This document shows, in pieces, positions 35,670-49,352 of a DNA stretch of 64,000 bases. Made by a program: the position numbers and the translations under genes. Where the stretch lies: contig JAUCBJ010005087.1 of the NCBI GenBank assembly GCA_032718475.1, forward strand, positions 1-64,000. The letters run 5' to 3'. The DNA comes from Nemertoderma westbladi (lineage: Eukaryota > Animalia > Xenacoelomorpha). Below the pieces are notes generated by a model, which searched no databases, was not told the DNA's origin, and saw only the letters and a program-made list of their open reading frames with translations. Numbering within the stretch: the stretch's first letter is position 1; every line of letters starts with the position of its first letter.

Positions 35670-37382
35670 TTAGTCTTTCTTGCGCGGACGGCGTTTACGC
35701 AGTTTTTTGAGGCTAGCAAGAGTCCTTTTCTCTTTGGGGCGAGCCACTTTACTAGGAGGGCTATAACTCCTGGGTGAAGGGTGCAATACAATTGCATCAG
35801 AAGGTTTAGGGTTACAGTCAGTGTGTCCGCCGGTCGAGGTACCCGGTTGATCGGTATCAACCTCAGTGGAACGAGGTCGAACAACCTTGAGAGCGCATTT
35901 TAAGACAGCAGCTCTTACTGGTCCCTGACGGGTCGTTTGCACGAAAGCGGTAAGTGGACCGTGTGTAGTGAGAATTTCCTCGATTTGATGATTCTTTTCA
36001 ACTCGCGTTCTCTAGCTCTATAGGAATCGATATGCTTCTCCTCGAGCTGATTTTCCTCCGCTTGTTGTTGGAAGCATTCGTCTAAAACGCTTTTAGAGTA
36101 GAGTCGTCCAAGTTCGATATCTTCTTAGAGATTCTGGATTTCCTGATCGAACTGAGATAAAGCTAATTCGTTTACCGCTTGGACTTGCTGCTGCAATTTA
36201 CGTTTCTCTAAACAATTGTAGGTTCCTTTTCCGATCTTTTGACGAGTAGTGTCCAACGCGTTTCGTACAACTCTCTCCTCCTCCTCGGTGACAGGTTGTA
36301 TCGGGTTAAACCGGGACGATGATACGATTGAATGACGATATTAGGTGTCCGCGTCCCAATCTGGCTAGGGAAGATGGGCGAATATCTAGGGAGTCCACAA
36401 CCGGAGTGCCACTGACTAACTTTTCGGGTGACACTAGATCTTTGAACAGTGAGTACAGTTCGGGAGGATCCGTGATTCTATTAGGATCAAGAGTCTGAGG
36501 TCTCACTAGGAAGTGAGGAGGTCTGACCGAGTATTCCGGAACTCTGATCATAGGTTTATTTAAGGATCGTTTGAATCGAATGAGCGTAGGTGATACATCG
36601 AACAAATTTCGCTCGAAACTCCCGTAAATATAGCGAGTAAAACCGTGTTTAAAGCAACGTCTCCGCGGATGTTTATGTCTTTCCGTTTGCTGATTGGGTC
36701 TAGGGCATTCGTCGCAGTAATACCAAAGACGCACGTCCTGCAGGGGAAACGCGGGTGATCGTTCTCCAGTTTTACAATATTCCTCCATCTGTTCGAAGCT
36801 ATCTGGGATGACAGGTAGTGGTCGATCGGCGGTAAGATACATCATAGTGAAATAGAGCCGTTTGAGTTCTATCATAGGGTCATGATGTATACCTTGAGGA
36901 TATCGAGTTTCTAGATTTTGTTGACTGGCAATATTGAGATATGTTTCTCTCAGGAATTCCAGATAATCGTTGAAGTTACCGCGTTTATCCGGTTCTTTAA
37001 CGTCTTCTCTTTCGAGTCGATTTCGAATAGAATTTTCGCATTCGATTTTAAGTTTATCGTTCCGACTCCGCTGGGTAGGATATTTAAATAGTACCATTTC
37101 CCTTTCGGTGTCGACATAGTCCGTATCGTGTAAATCGATAGGATGGCCAGTAGTTAAGAAGTCCATATACGTACCATTACGATGCGTATAGCGAGCGGTG
37201 AATTTTCTATAGTCCAATTCACGCGTAAGTTGCTACTGGGACATCGGCGGTTCGATATAATGACCATCGTCCTCCGTAGTAGTTGGACTAGCGTCGCCGC
37301 GTATCAAGCTATCAACAAACGCTTGTAAAGGTAGAGTATATCGCTCCCTGATACCAAGATCATCTTCTATCAACTCAGTCAT
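35670..37382 (-). pseudogene. Additional ORF of unknown function downstream of integrase (env position), interrupted by stops and frameshifts
   Basis: ATG at 37382 (MTELIEDDLG...), in-frame TAG at 37233-37235, then the 303-aa ORF with CDEC...HKH...CFKH. A frameshifted coiled-coil segment follows (TAA at 36125-36127), then a basic tail KKLRKRRPRKKD. Confidence 0.7.
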
Positions 37383-39080
37383 AGCTGCTATATGAGTTTA
37401 TCAATATTATAATAAGTTTATAATTAGGCTAGCGGGCGTCGCTGCCTACCCCTCTCGGCCCCCGGACAGTGCAAGATCCTCAGCGCCGATGTACCGTCGT
37501 CGCTGTGTTTTTCGCCAACGTAGTAGCTACACAACGACAACGATAACCGGCACAAGTCACTCCACTGTCCGTCCCAAAGGCTTAGATTTACTTCAGGTTC
37601 TTGCTGCAGAGTTAGGGTTACTTTCACAATTGCGACTCGCTACTGTAAACACACTTTAGAAGTAACATTCACCTATAAACGCACAAATTCCACACAACTG
37701 TCACAAATTGTACACATGCAGGCCATTTGTCCGTTAGTCAGTGCCTTCCAGAATGCCACGTTATTATTATGTATCCTTGGATACTAGCAGTGTGCTATTT
37801 ATTCCCTATGGTATTCAATGGGGCAAGCTTTCTATTGTTCTTTTAACTTGCTTCTAATTCTAGCGTGGTTGTTGCTATGGTGACATTATGGAAAGCTAGC
37901 AGTAGAATTAGGGTAATTCTCATGCACACAGATCTGGGATGCTATTTAATAGTAATTCTTTAATTGTCAATATCCCCTTTATACATGATTTTATGAATTC
38001 GGCTATTGACTATATATTGGAGATTCTCGCACACTAATACACTTAATAGGGTGAATCTCCGCTCCCATGATCTATTAATTAATGGAATTTTGGGAATGTT
38101 ACAAATTGTATAAAAATGACAATTTATCAAATTCATTAAAAGATATGAATTTAAATTTATTCCCGTAAATTTTATTATTTAATATTAAATAGACACAATT
38201 TTATTCCAGAGCATGTCTGGGGACTAGGATCCTGAATTCTAGGACATTTGTCCTTTTAAGAGTATCGGTAAGTGCTACGATATCTTAATAGACTAGAATT
38301 TTAAAGGATCTAAAATTTTACAGATTTTGATTTATAGATTTTCTAGAGTTAACTTGTAAATAGTTACTCTATTGTATTTATTTGACAGATTTTACAAATA
38401 TTAATAGTTAATATTTAAGATGGGCACCGGTTTATTCCAGAACATGTCTGGGGACGTTAACCACTGATTCTAGAATTTTGTCTTTCAAGTATATCGGTGG
38501 GTGCCGCGATATCTTAATCGACTAGAATTACAGATGGTCAAAGGGTTTAACAGATTTATTTTGCCTTTTACGCTACTGTTAAAGGGACATCACGCTACTA
38601 TATGTATTATTTAATATACGGTATGAGAGCAATATCGCAAGAAGCAATGTCAGTGAGAAGAGGCAAGTCGTTTCCAAGGTCTATCTAGAGCTTGGTTAAG
38701 CCTGGTTTAGGATCTGAATTTTGCATTCCTAATACTCTACTTACCAATAATACTTGAATATAGTAGGAGCTTTATTGTACTTTAATAAGTACGGACATTT
38801 CATCTTACTGTAGTCACGTATTTATAATGTACTACGGACAGTAAGGAAAGAGAAAAATAATTATTTCTCGCCGTCGCACTAAATATATAATATAATAGTA
38901 ATTAAGTAATAAATGCGAATATATATGGCACTAATCTAGTAAATAATCGCTAAAATAACATTCTACTAAATAAAATTAAAGAAAACGATTATTATAAAAT
39001 TAAGTAATAATACATACATAAGTATAAAATAATAAGAACAAATATAAAATAATATAGTCACACACCCACTCCAGACGCTG

Positions 39081-42000
39081 TTACGTTGGGGAGTCCCTAG
39101 ATGTTTGTTGGATTAGGGAGGTGGTCGTGGGAAGAGTATCTTGCCTTCCATAGTTTCCGGAGAGTTCTCTGTCTCTTTCCAGTAAACATAAACGACCAAC
39201 TGGGCGATTGAGCTGCTGTGTCTCGAAGACAATTCCCGGTTTCTTAAAGTTACGTCGCATGACGACGAGTTCTACCGATCGCACCAAACCATCATCCGAG
39301 ATATGAGTCTCGATGATACGACCTGTCTGCCACCGCTTACGTGGAAGATCTGAATCCACAATAAGGATCATGTCTCCAGCGCTGACGTTTTCTTGCTGCG
39401 CAAACCACTTAGTTCGAAGTTGTAGCGTGGGCAGATAATGTTTTTCGAAATGGTCAGCGAAACGACGGGATAACAACTGCATAAGTTGCCAAGTTTGCCG
39501 GCAGTATTCGTCTCCGTCCGTGATTTCCGATCGTGGGAGCATGGCTACAGGTTTCTTCAGTAGGAAGTGCGCGGGTGTTAGCGCTTCCATGGAATCGGGA
39601 CTCGATGAGACTGGCATAAGCGGTCTCTTGTTGAGATAGGCGGCGATTTCCTCCATTAACGTCCGCAAAAGTTCGTCGGTGAGATACGCGCGGCACGGCA
39701 CTATAAAGTGAAATGCGGTCTTCACGCTCCTGATTAATCTCTCCCAACTTCCTCCCCACCAAGGGGCGTCGGCGGCATTGAAGGTCCAGCTAGACGCTGT
39801 TACCCTTAGCTGATCGTCCACCTGTCTTTGGTTCCAATCTTTGACGTAAGCTTTGATTTCATTGTTGGCACCAATGAAGTTCGTTCCCTTATCAGATCTC
39901 ATCGTGTTACTAGTTCCAAAGCGAGCGATCTGTCGGCGTAAGCTCAATAGGAAGCTGTTGGTAGATAAATCGTTCACCACATCGAGATGGATAGCTCTAC
40001 AAGTCATACAAACAAAGATGACGCACCATCTCTTGACTATAGTCCTAGCACGATATACTTCAATAGGGCCAAATAAATCTACACCGGTATTAGTAAAGGG
40101 TGGTTCATAGAGGCTTACTCGTTCCCTAGGTAATTCTGCCTCTCGCTGTGTTAAAGGCCTACTGAATGCTTTCCTACAGGGTATGCAGTTCCTAAGAACT
40201 TGGTTCAGAGCTCTACGGGGTTTATAAAAATAATAGCGAGTTCGAATTTCGCTAAGAACTCGTTCTCTACCAGCATGATAAAGCTTACTGTGAACATCTA
40301 CAATCATCTTGATTTGTATTTCAAGATTTCTAATGAGTATGGGAAACTTAGTGTCAAAGGATAATGGAGCATTAGTTAGTCTTCCTCCAACACGTATTAA
40401 CCCATCTATCATTGTGCTAGAGAAACGATCCCTTAAGCGCATCTGTGGATTTCTTAACAATAGGAAATACTTATCGGAATCCTCATAGCATTGCAGGAGT
40501 CTCAACATCTGCTTATTGGTTTCTTCATGCTCCTGGTAACTGATCTTCTCCTTCAGAAACCTGTGGGATATCTGGTATTTGGGAAGATCTTTAACAACAT
40601 GGACCTGCGCAGATGTCAGTGGAGCGGTATCACTAGTGGTCTTCGTCCTGGAGTAGTGATGATGAAAACATCGCTTTAAATATGTAACGGCCTTACAGAG
40701 CCGATTCCAGGAACTATAGTGATGTATCACTCTCTGCAGGAGAGGTGAGAGTCCTTGCGAGACGTCTGGTATTCCAGATTTCCAATCCCTCTCTCTGATT
40801 TCCACAACAGACTTATTTGTGGCTGTGGGTTTCGGATCCAAAGCGTCGTCTCCGGAAGTGTGTAGTACAGACAGATCTACCACGGGTTTAAATAACTTCG
40901 ATTTACTCGCCCGAGTTTTAGGTTTGACTTTCTCCGCTCCCTTGGCCTGTCTAATCTCCGCCGTAGTAAGATGAGGAGGCCATTCATCCTCTTCTTTGCT
41001 TAGGAAGTCGGGTCCACCTAACCAGTCTGGAGTATCTATCAGTTCTTGTGGAGTTGCTCCCCTTGAGGCGATGTCGGCTGGATTAATCGTTCCAGGGCAA
41101 TGTCTCCATTGATCTATCTTCGTGCGACTAAGTATAATGGCTACTCTGTTGGTAACGAAGACGCTGAACTGACAGACTTCATTGGTTATATACTCCAACA
41201 CGAGCAAAGCATCGGTTCAATAGACAGTTTTCTCCAGTGGATAGTCGATATGTTCTGTTACATTCCGGCCAATGGCTGTAGCGTATAGAGCAGCTTTTAA
41301 CTCCGCTCGAGGAACTTTCAACTTGTTGTTTATCAATGCCTTAGAGGTAACCAAGGCGACTTTGATTCCATCCGGAGTTTCAACTCTCAGGTAGGCTACT
41401 ATACCTATTCCCATATTGCTGGCGTCTCCAAACACATGGAGTTGATAGGAATACGTAAGGAGAACATGACCAAAATATGAACGGGAAATTATAAAGTTCT
41501 CGATGGCTGGTAGAGAATCTTCCCATTTCATCCACTTCTTTAATAGTTCTCCCTTAAGTGGATCGTCCCATGAGTGGTTTTCAAGCCACATTTGTTGTAC
41601 TAAACTCCGAGCAATCAATATAACTGGGCTAATAAATCCCAATGGATCGAAATAAGTGCTCAGGATACTTAGACAAATCCGTTTAGTCCGAACTGGATTA
41701 TCTCGCTGTTTTAGCTGGAAAAACAGGATATCTCTCTCTGTGTCCCATTTCAAACCCGTTTAGTCCGAACTGGATTATCTCGCTGTTTTAGCTGGAAAAA
41801 CAGGATATCTCTCTCTGTGTCCCATTTCAAACCAAGTGTCTTGGTTTCTGGAAGATCGTCCTTGATTAGGTCTAGATCTTTAACTCCTCGATCTTCTACC
41901 GGGATCGATTCCAGAAACTCACGTGAGTTGCTGGTGAATTTAGTTAATCGAAATCCACCTCTTTTCAAGCACTCTACCGTTCCTTTGGCGACATCAATGG

Positions 42001-45000
42001 CTTCTTCCACCAATGGGAGGGACTTTAAATTGTCGTCCATGTATATATCCCGTGTGATGTTGTCTATAACCTCTTTAGAGAAGGCGTCCCGGTTGTCATC
42101 AGCAGTGGTGCGCACCACTGAGCAGGCGTTTGAAGGGCTTGAGATGATCCCAAAAGCCTGGATGGTCATCCAATACTCCACCGGTTTCTGGTTGAGGTCT
42201 CCTTCAGGCCACCACAGAAATCGTAGGCTGTCTCGATCCCTATCCAGCGCCTTGACTTGTAAGAACATGCCTTCTATATCGGAGGCGAAAGCGATTGAAT
42301 ATTGTCGTAATCTTAAGAGTATTCCCAACAAGGATTGGAGTAAGTTGGGTCCTGGTAACAACTCGGAATTAAGGGATTGGCCCATGTAGAGGGCGGAGCC
42401 TTCAAATACTACCCGGACTTCATGGGGTTTACCGGGTTTGGGAACGTAACGTAATGATGTGTTAGATAGTACGTTCTCTCAGTTATGGGTGTTTCTTCCG
42501 GTACTCGCTCCGCATATCCCTTGTCAATAAATTTCTTCAACTGAGTCTTGTACATTTCTTTAGCTGAAGCATTTGCCGTAAGGCGTCGATATAGTTGTGC
42601 AATTCTTTTCTCCGCCAAGGGTCAGTTGTTTATAAATTTAGGTTTTCGCTTTCGAAATGGTAGACCGATTTCATATCTACCTTGATCTTTAAGAAAACGT
42701 GTAGTTGTCTCCTGAATCTGCTTGGCTCTTTCATCTTCTACCAATAGGGCCTTATCGTAGGAATTGGGCTCTACAGCCTCTTGAGTAAAGAATCATACGG
42801 CGTGTTCATCGCGAGTCTTCGCGTTGTAGTGATCTATCACTTCATTCAGTTCGTCGTTGTACGCTGATTGTTCTGCTGGATGAATGAGGTGACATAGGTT
42901 CACTTGGTTTTGCCAAGTATCGTTTTCTGTAAGGAGGTCGATGGTCTTCTCCTCGTTGAAGAGTTGGTGGATGTCGTCATTATCTGAGGATTATGGAGTT
43001 CCCTCAATTATGTCATCTACCTCACTGAACTCCTCTTCCCATTCTCTTACCTGGTATACCCATTATTTGGGTAACCTTTCCATGAGAGTTCTACGGGAAG
43101 GGCCAGTAAAGTACCAACCTACTCTAGTTCTTCCCGCATAGGCTTGTAGTGGTTGCGGTTGAGCAGGCCGATTTCTCCAATGTCTCAAGCGCCTCATGCG
43201 CATTTTGGCCGATGAGTATTTGCACTCCAGGGTAGTCTGTGTTGAATCTAGGTATCTTAAGCTGCTGGGTGAAATCGTCCTCATCCCAGTTATAAGGTTC
43301 CACTTGGCTGGTAGCGAAGTTCTTTATCGCCACCATTTTTACTGACCTTATACTGTGTTCTCCTAGTTCATCCTGGGGGGTGGACAACGCGCCTACGTAG
43401 TAGTCTGTAGCTACTGTAGATTTCCAATCCTGCATAATTCCTGAAAGGTTCAACTTAGTTCGGAACTTGGGTTGTCCAACAAAGATGTCTTCGGCTAGTT
43501 CTTTGTCGATGAATGTTCCGGTGCTGCCGGAGTCAAGGAGGGCGTTCACTATATAGCTCCCTTTTAACCCGTGGACTCTCAACTGCACTACGGGAAATTC
43601 TCGGATCCCTACATTGGAAGTTGATGCTTTCCAAGATGGTTGTCAGTCAGGAGTAGTTAGAGGGGCTTACTGTCGGTGTCCTTTTCATACGTAAGTGCTC
43701 GATACACTGCGGTATTTATTAGGTAACAGGATTCGTTTTCGTCGGAGAATTCATCCGTATAGAATCCTTCCATCTCAGAACTTTGATCAGTGTCGTTCAC
43801 ATCACTGAATTGGACATGTAGTTCGGACTCACTTACCTGACTCGGGCTGTTTCTTTCGAATTCAGTGTGCAACAAGAAATGATGTTTTGCGCCGCACTTA
43901 GCACACCTTGCGTCGGAGTAACAGGTTCGTCGTTGGTGTCCTCGTCTGAGGCAATTATAACACAACCGCTTATCCCACATGACTTCACATCTATCTTTTA
44001 ATGATTTCCTCAGGAATTCATCACACGCACTTAAACGGTGGGGCCCGTCGCACAACACACATTTTGGTTTGATGTTACTTACCTTACTTTGGATAACGTT
44101 GTGCACACTCGTTCTTTCCTCGGGCTTTCTTCCATGAATTCTCTTAGGAGACGTAGGAGGAGTTTTTCTTACCTGTTCTCTCCTGTCATTGGTTCGAGAC
44201 TTGAATTTACTTACGTCCTTAGGCGCTTTGTTGTCATAGTAAGATCTTTCAGTGTCTTTCCCGCTGTCTTCCTCTTGAGAAGCCTGGCTTTCGCCGTCGT
44301 CTGTATAACACACTGGTATTACCTTTCTCCTAGAAACGGGTTTCTCACTTACCTTATTTTCCGGTGTCTTCTCTCTGGACTGCTTTAGGAGCGGTAATTT
44401 TACCTCTCCATCTAAGAATGACATGAAATCAGCCATGGTAGGATCTCTTCGTTGTTGTTCCATCATATATAACACTTTCTTGTCCCAGCGTGTACCTACT
44501 CCGCCCTTGGGCAAATTAGATGCTAAGGCTCCTACAACCATAGAATTCTGGTATTCATGAGACTTACCTAACCAATCTAGTTGTCTACAGATCTCCTGAA
44601 TCTCGTCGGAAAACTCTATAATCCTGCTGCTAAGAAACTTTCGGGGCGCCATTAATTTCGCATATAAATACCTAGCTATGTTAGTCCTATTACCATACCT
44701 GATGTTCAGTGTATCCCAAACTTGTCTTAATCCATCTGGATGTCCAATAAACTTTAACGCCATTAACTTGGGAGATCCTTCCAAGCACTCGATGAGGAAT
44801 CTAAGTCTCTCCGAATCTCTCTGTTAGATAGCACAGAGTTCTGTATGTTATCTTTATAATATTCATTAAAAGGTAACCATTTCATCTCATCTCCATTGAA
44901 CTTGACGATCTCTCCCACCTTTACCGCTTGACGGGCTTCAGTTCTAGCCATTTGACGCATAAAACTTTCTTGGGCCATCGTATTATTTAATATCGAGTTA

Positions 45001-47321
45001 TCGGTATATAAATTTCTCGGATTATTATCAGGTCTATATGGAATATCATTGTCAACAGGTTTATAATTACCCTTAATAGGGTTTACTATAGGAGTTTCTA
45101 CTTCACTAGCAGTATAGATGCGTGTAGGCTCCACACCTTGCGCATGAAATACTTCAGACCTAACAGGTTGACACATTGTTACCGGGGTTGGTGGTATACC
45201 CCTTTGGGTATTTACTAATTTATCGCGTTCCAACGCGATACTCTGCTGCACCTCTTGCAACTCTAACCTACTTTCCCTTACCGTGCCCTTGAACTGCTGA
45301 ACAGTTCCTTCCATCTCCCGGACCTGCTGAGAGGAGCACTTACGGTGTTCCCTCAGCTGCCCGAGCAGGAGACCCATCTCCCGTCGTCCCTCAGCTACCC
45401 ACTCGACCGCCGAAGCGGGAGTCGCCAACATAGTAGCGGGCGAGCGAGAGACGACGGGCGATAAATTCTTGATATCTTGCTCGGCGTCCAGGACGGGTTC
45501 GGACTCGGGAACAGTCCTACTGGGCACAGTTAGTTTAGTACTGTGCAAAGGGAATTTAGAGGTAGGTTCTGGGAGTACAGGTGTCTCTATCACCGAAGGG
45601 GTGGCTTCGAGAACAGGCCTAATTATTTCAGGCTCATCTACTATAGTAGGGAGTCTTTCTATTTTAATAATTTGGTCTGTGGGTTCTGTACTACCTAAGT
45701 CTGTGCTAGCTAGTTGCCTTCTAACAGCTGGGGGCAAATCAGGCAATTTCTGATGGTGAGGCATTCTTCTACGTCTGCTTAGACGAGATCTATTTCCTCC
45801 GTCTTCAGGATCGGTGGTATTGCCTTCATCAGATGATGTAAATCCCTGCCTTTTGGGAGTAGATCGACTCATCATCTGCATTTGACTGGCTGTTAACTGT
45901 TTATTTATGCAGTCTTGCTTCTCTTGAATATTTTCCAACTCTAGTTGGGTGGTCTCCTCAGACGCTCTCCGTTCTGCTTCTGCCACTGCCATCTTTCTTT
46001 CCGCCTCTGCCGCTGCCGCTTTTCTTTCCGCTTCTGCCGCTGCCGCTTTTATTTCCGCTTCTGCCGCTGCCGCTTTTCTTTCCGCTTCTGCCGCTGCCGC
46101 TTTTCTTTCCGCTTCTGCCGCTGCTACTGCCGCTGCTGCTGTCTTTCTGTCTTCTATACGTCTTTTCTTTACTTGTTCTTCTTGGACCCTAGCGATGCGG
46201 AGGCGTTCATCGAATTTAGCTTGGTTCGCAGCTAACATTTCCGCATCTATCGCGTCCAACACAAACTTGGCTCCTTCACTATTACGACGAAGTCCAGCCA
46301 GCCTTCTCCTCAACTCTTCATCACCTAGAAATCGTTGATAGTCTGACAGATAGATGTCAATATCGTCCCTCTCATGCGGTTTCTCTGCTGTCGCTTCACT
46401 TTCCACTTGGGAAAAGGTAGCGTCTGTTGATTTTCCATGGGTTGAGCGCTCAGCCAGCTGAGATTTCCACTGGGCCGTTCCTTGGACTTTAAGACTCACC
46501 CGTTGGAACCAAGTCTTTATGGCAACTTGCAACGACGTGTCTTGGCTTCTCTTCGAGGCTTCCTCAAAGACCGAAAGGATTAGTCTGATCCTTAAGATTC
46601 GTTCTCGAACTTGATAAAGCAGCTCTCCCTGCTCTTGAGGTCCTTGACGTTGTTGAAACAGGTGTTCCTCTAATCGCTCAAAAGAACTGAAGAATCCCTG
46701 TACATATCCTGCTGCCGACCTCTTCCACACAGCTGGATCTCGAGTATCCTTTACTACTCCCATCCTGTATAAATCCTCCCAGGCAGCTTCCGATAAGTTA
46801 AATGGGAGTCCGGGTCCGGGGAAGTTCCATTGCGACTCGACAATAGACTTCAGTTCCTCTCTTGTGTATCCCGCATAACTATCCTTGGTCGATCGCTTAC
46901 TTCTCGCCCAATCAATTTGGTGTTCCTCCACCGCAATCAATACCCTAGTGAGTACGGCTGCAGGAAGGATGAGAAGGGGATCCGAATAAACCTCATCTGC
47001 CATCTTTGCTCCGCGCTCGGGTGTCAGCTCTACAGTATCCGAACTACTGGAGCTGTCGGGCCGCTGAGAAATAAGTTCTCGGCTCGAGGGTTGCTGCTGT
47101 TTAGCAGCTGCTTCTTGATCCTGCTTGACTTGAGCCCGAGTGCCTATGATAGACCTACGGTGTTGGACTAGCCTAGGGTCTGATACTACTACTGGAGGGA
47201 TGATCTTTCTTACAGTAGGAGGTGAGTTGAACTTTGGTCTCACATGTTCCACACTCCTGTCTGGTTCACAGATGGTTGTATCTAGGAGACTGTCTGACAG
47301 GTTTTGCTTTGTGTCAGACAT
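39081..47321 (-). pseudogene. Element 2 gag-pol polyprotein, broken by frameshifts and stops
   Basis: Gag with three Cys/His knuckles (CVLC, CYNC, CAKC...HHFLLH), PR LLDSGS, RT IYMDD, LHVFGDAS, IN HHCC plus GVDLFGP/SDKGTNF/WERLI. A 77-bp tandem duplication at 41679-41832 shifts the frame; TGA at 41217-41219. Confidence 0.95.
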
Positions 47322-47469
47322 GTTTGTTTGTGCAGTTGAATGCCTACTGCTGTATTACAGTTAAAGCAAGTCTAATAATTCAGTATCAACTGTTAGCCTA
47401 GTAATTAATTACCGATATCGTTACTCAGTGTAACGTGATATATTTACAATATATTAGAATACCGATATG

Positions 47470-47830
47470 CACTTATAGTATATATATAAGTATTATTACA
47501 GACTAGGTTTGTCACAGAATACCGGTATATAATTTCAGCGCAAATATATAGAATATATAATAAGCCTATCGTGAATACCGGTATACAGCTTACACTTATA
47601 GTATATATAAGTATAATTATAGACTAGAATTAATTACAGAATACCGGTATATAATTTCAGCACAAATATATAGAAATATATAATAAGCCTATCGTGAATA
47701 CCGGTATACAGCTTACACTTATAGTATATATAAGTATAATTATAGACTAGAATTAATTATAGAATACCGGTATATAATTTCAGCACAAATATATAGAAAT
47801 ATATAATAAGCCTATCGTGAATACCGGTAT
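47470..47830. repeat. Three 123-bp tandem repeats in the about 2-kb 5' leader of element 2
   Basis: CACTTATAGTATATAT starts at 47470, 47593 and 47716. Confidence 0.9.
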
Positions 47831-49352
47831 ATCAATTATTTTAGAATAATTGAATTTCTGAATTTTCAGGGTTACTTGGTTACTTTACTTTACTTTATTA
47901 CCGTTATTTAAGCAGTAGTCCAACTGACATTAAGACCTAATTGTTATATGACAGGCCTACTATTTTATAAATCGGTTTGAGTTGATTTATAATATATATA
48001 CCCGTTTAATGGGTTTTGTTACAATATTTGAAATAAATGTTATTATTTCTGGGAAGGAGTCACTACACAGAAGCTGTACGCTCTCAGTGAAGTGCTACTT
48101 GTTGGACACTAAAACAAATAATTCTACTTTACTAAGTTACTTATTACTACAAATTATGTACAATTGCGGGGTGAGATTACAATCTCTAAATAAACACAAA
48201 AATTACACTTACGAATTTTTTAGGGTAATTTTACAAGAAGTCTACAAACCAGCCTAACAAAGGGTTAGAATATCTGGTTATTACAAACGGACAGGATACT
48301 ACGGTATTTGAAAATAATAAAGCAGTAGTAAATATACTGCGTTGTCCAGATAGGAAAAATACCACCGTCTGACGACTTATAGCCGTAACGCTATAAGTAC
48401 TACGTTATGTATCACGGAGTGTTCCTACCTAGAAGTTAATTACCGCGGCCTACCAGAGCCAACGTGCCTATTAACCACTTTACAACACAAATATACTGCC
48501 TACACACTAATTACCTTCGGAAAGCACTGTACACTAAACCCTAAATTAGGTACAAGTACTTATACAACAAATAACCAGCAGTTAAAAATACTTGTACAGC
48601 TAAAAGAACCACGGTATCTGCCGGAGTGACTAGAGCATAAAATCACCAGTCTTTACCTACGCCAAACAGCCCTGATGTAGTACCGGGGTTAATTTAACTA
48701 TAACGGTATGTATAACAAGCACAATTACTGTAGGAATAAACTTGGGGGTATGTATGTTGCGAATAATCGCAAAAACTCTGAATAATAAATATTACGCTAC
48801 CCGTACAGACTACACAAACAAAATACAGACCAAATGCTAGCAGACTACTATCAAGCCTAAATAAACTACAGTATATGCAGACTCCGAAATGGTTAGTTAG
48901 TATGCGTTCTAACCGAGTAGTACGACTTATTCTTTCGGGGGGATTTACCTTACAGCACTGGATGCACACCACGTTCCTAACTAGTACTTTATCGGACATA
49001 CACTCTACACACACTGCAATCTCTTCAGACTTAACAACAGTCAGACAACAGTCCAGCCTACAAATTTCCTGTACAATCTGAGCAGGCTTACACGTCTTCT
49101 GTTCAATATTAACCTACAAATAAATAAAACTGAAAGAAATAAGTAAACCATACAAAGGAATAAGGGGTGATCAATCCCTAATCCCCTAACAGCCTACAAT
49201 ATACAATATATCACAATCGAAATAATACTGGTGTACCTGTACTGCTGTAAGTACCGGTTCGGGTGGTTAGGTAGTTAGGCCTACTGGTTACCGGTTGACC
49301 GGTACTTTAGTCTTTATTGCCTACGTCACAATAAAGATCCTATAACTGTTAT

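Noticed and set aside
36306-37217. Envelope glycoprotein call for the extra ORF
   Set aside because: No signal peptide or TM helix visible; kept as an unknown accessory ORF.
38180-38560. Hammerhead ribozyme in the duplicated module
   Set aside because: No CUGAnGA plus GAAA core correctly arranged on either strand.
41817-42389. Long antisense ORFs over gag/pol (also 45949-46338 and 5163-5918)
   Set aside because: Shadows of the sense-strand coding sequence.
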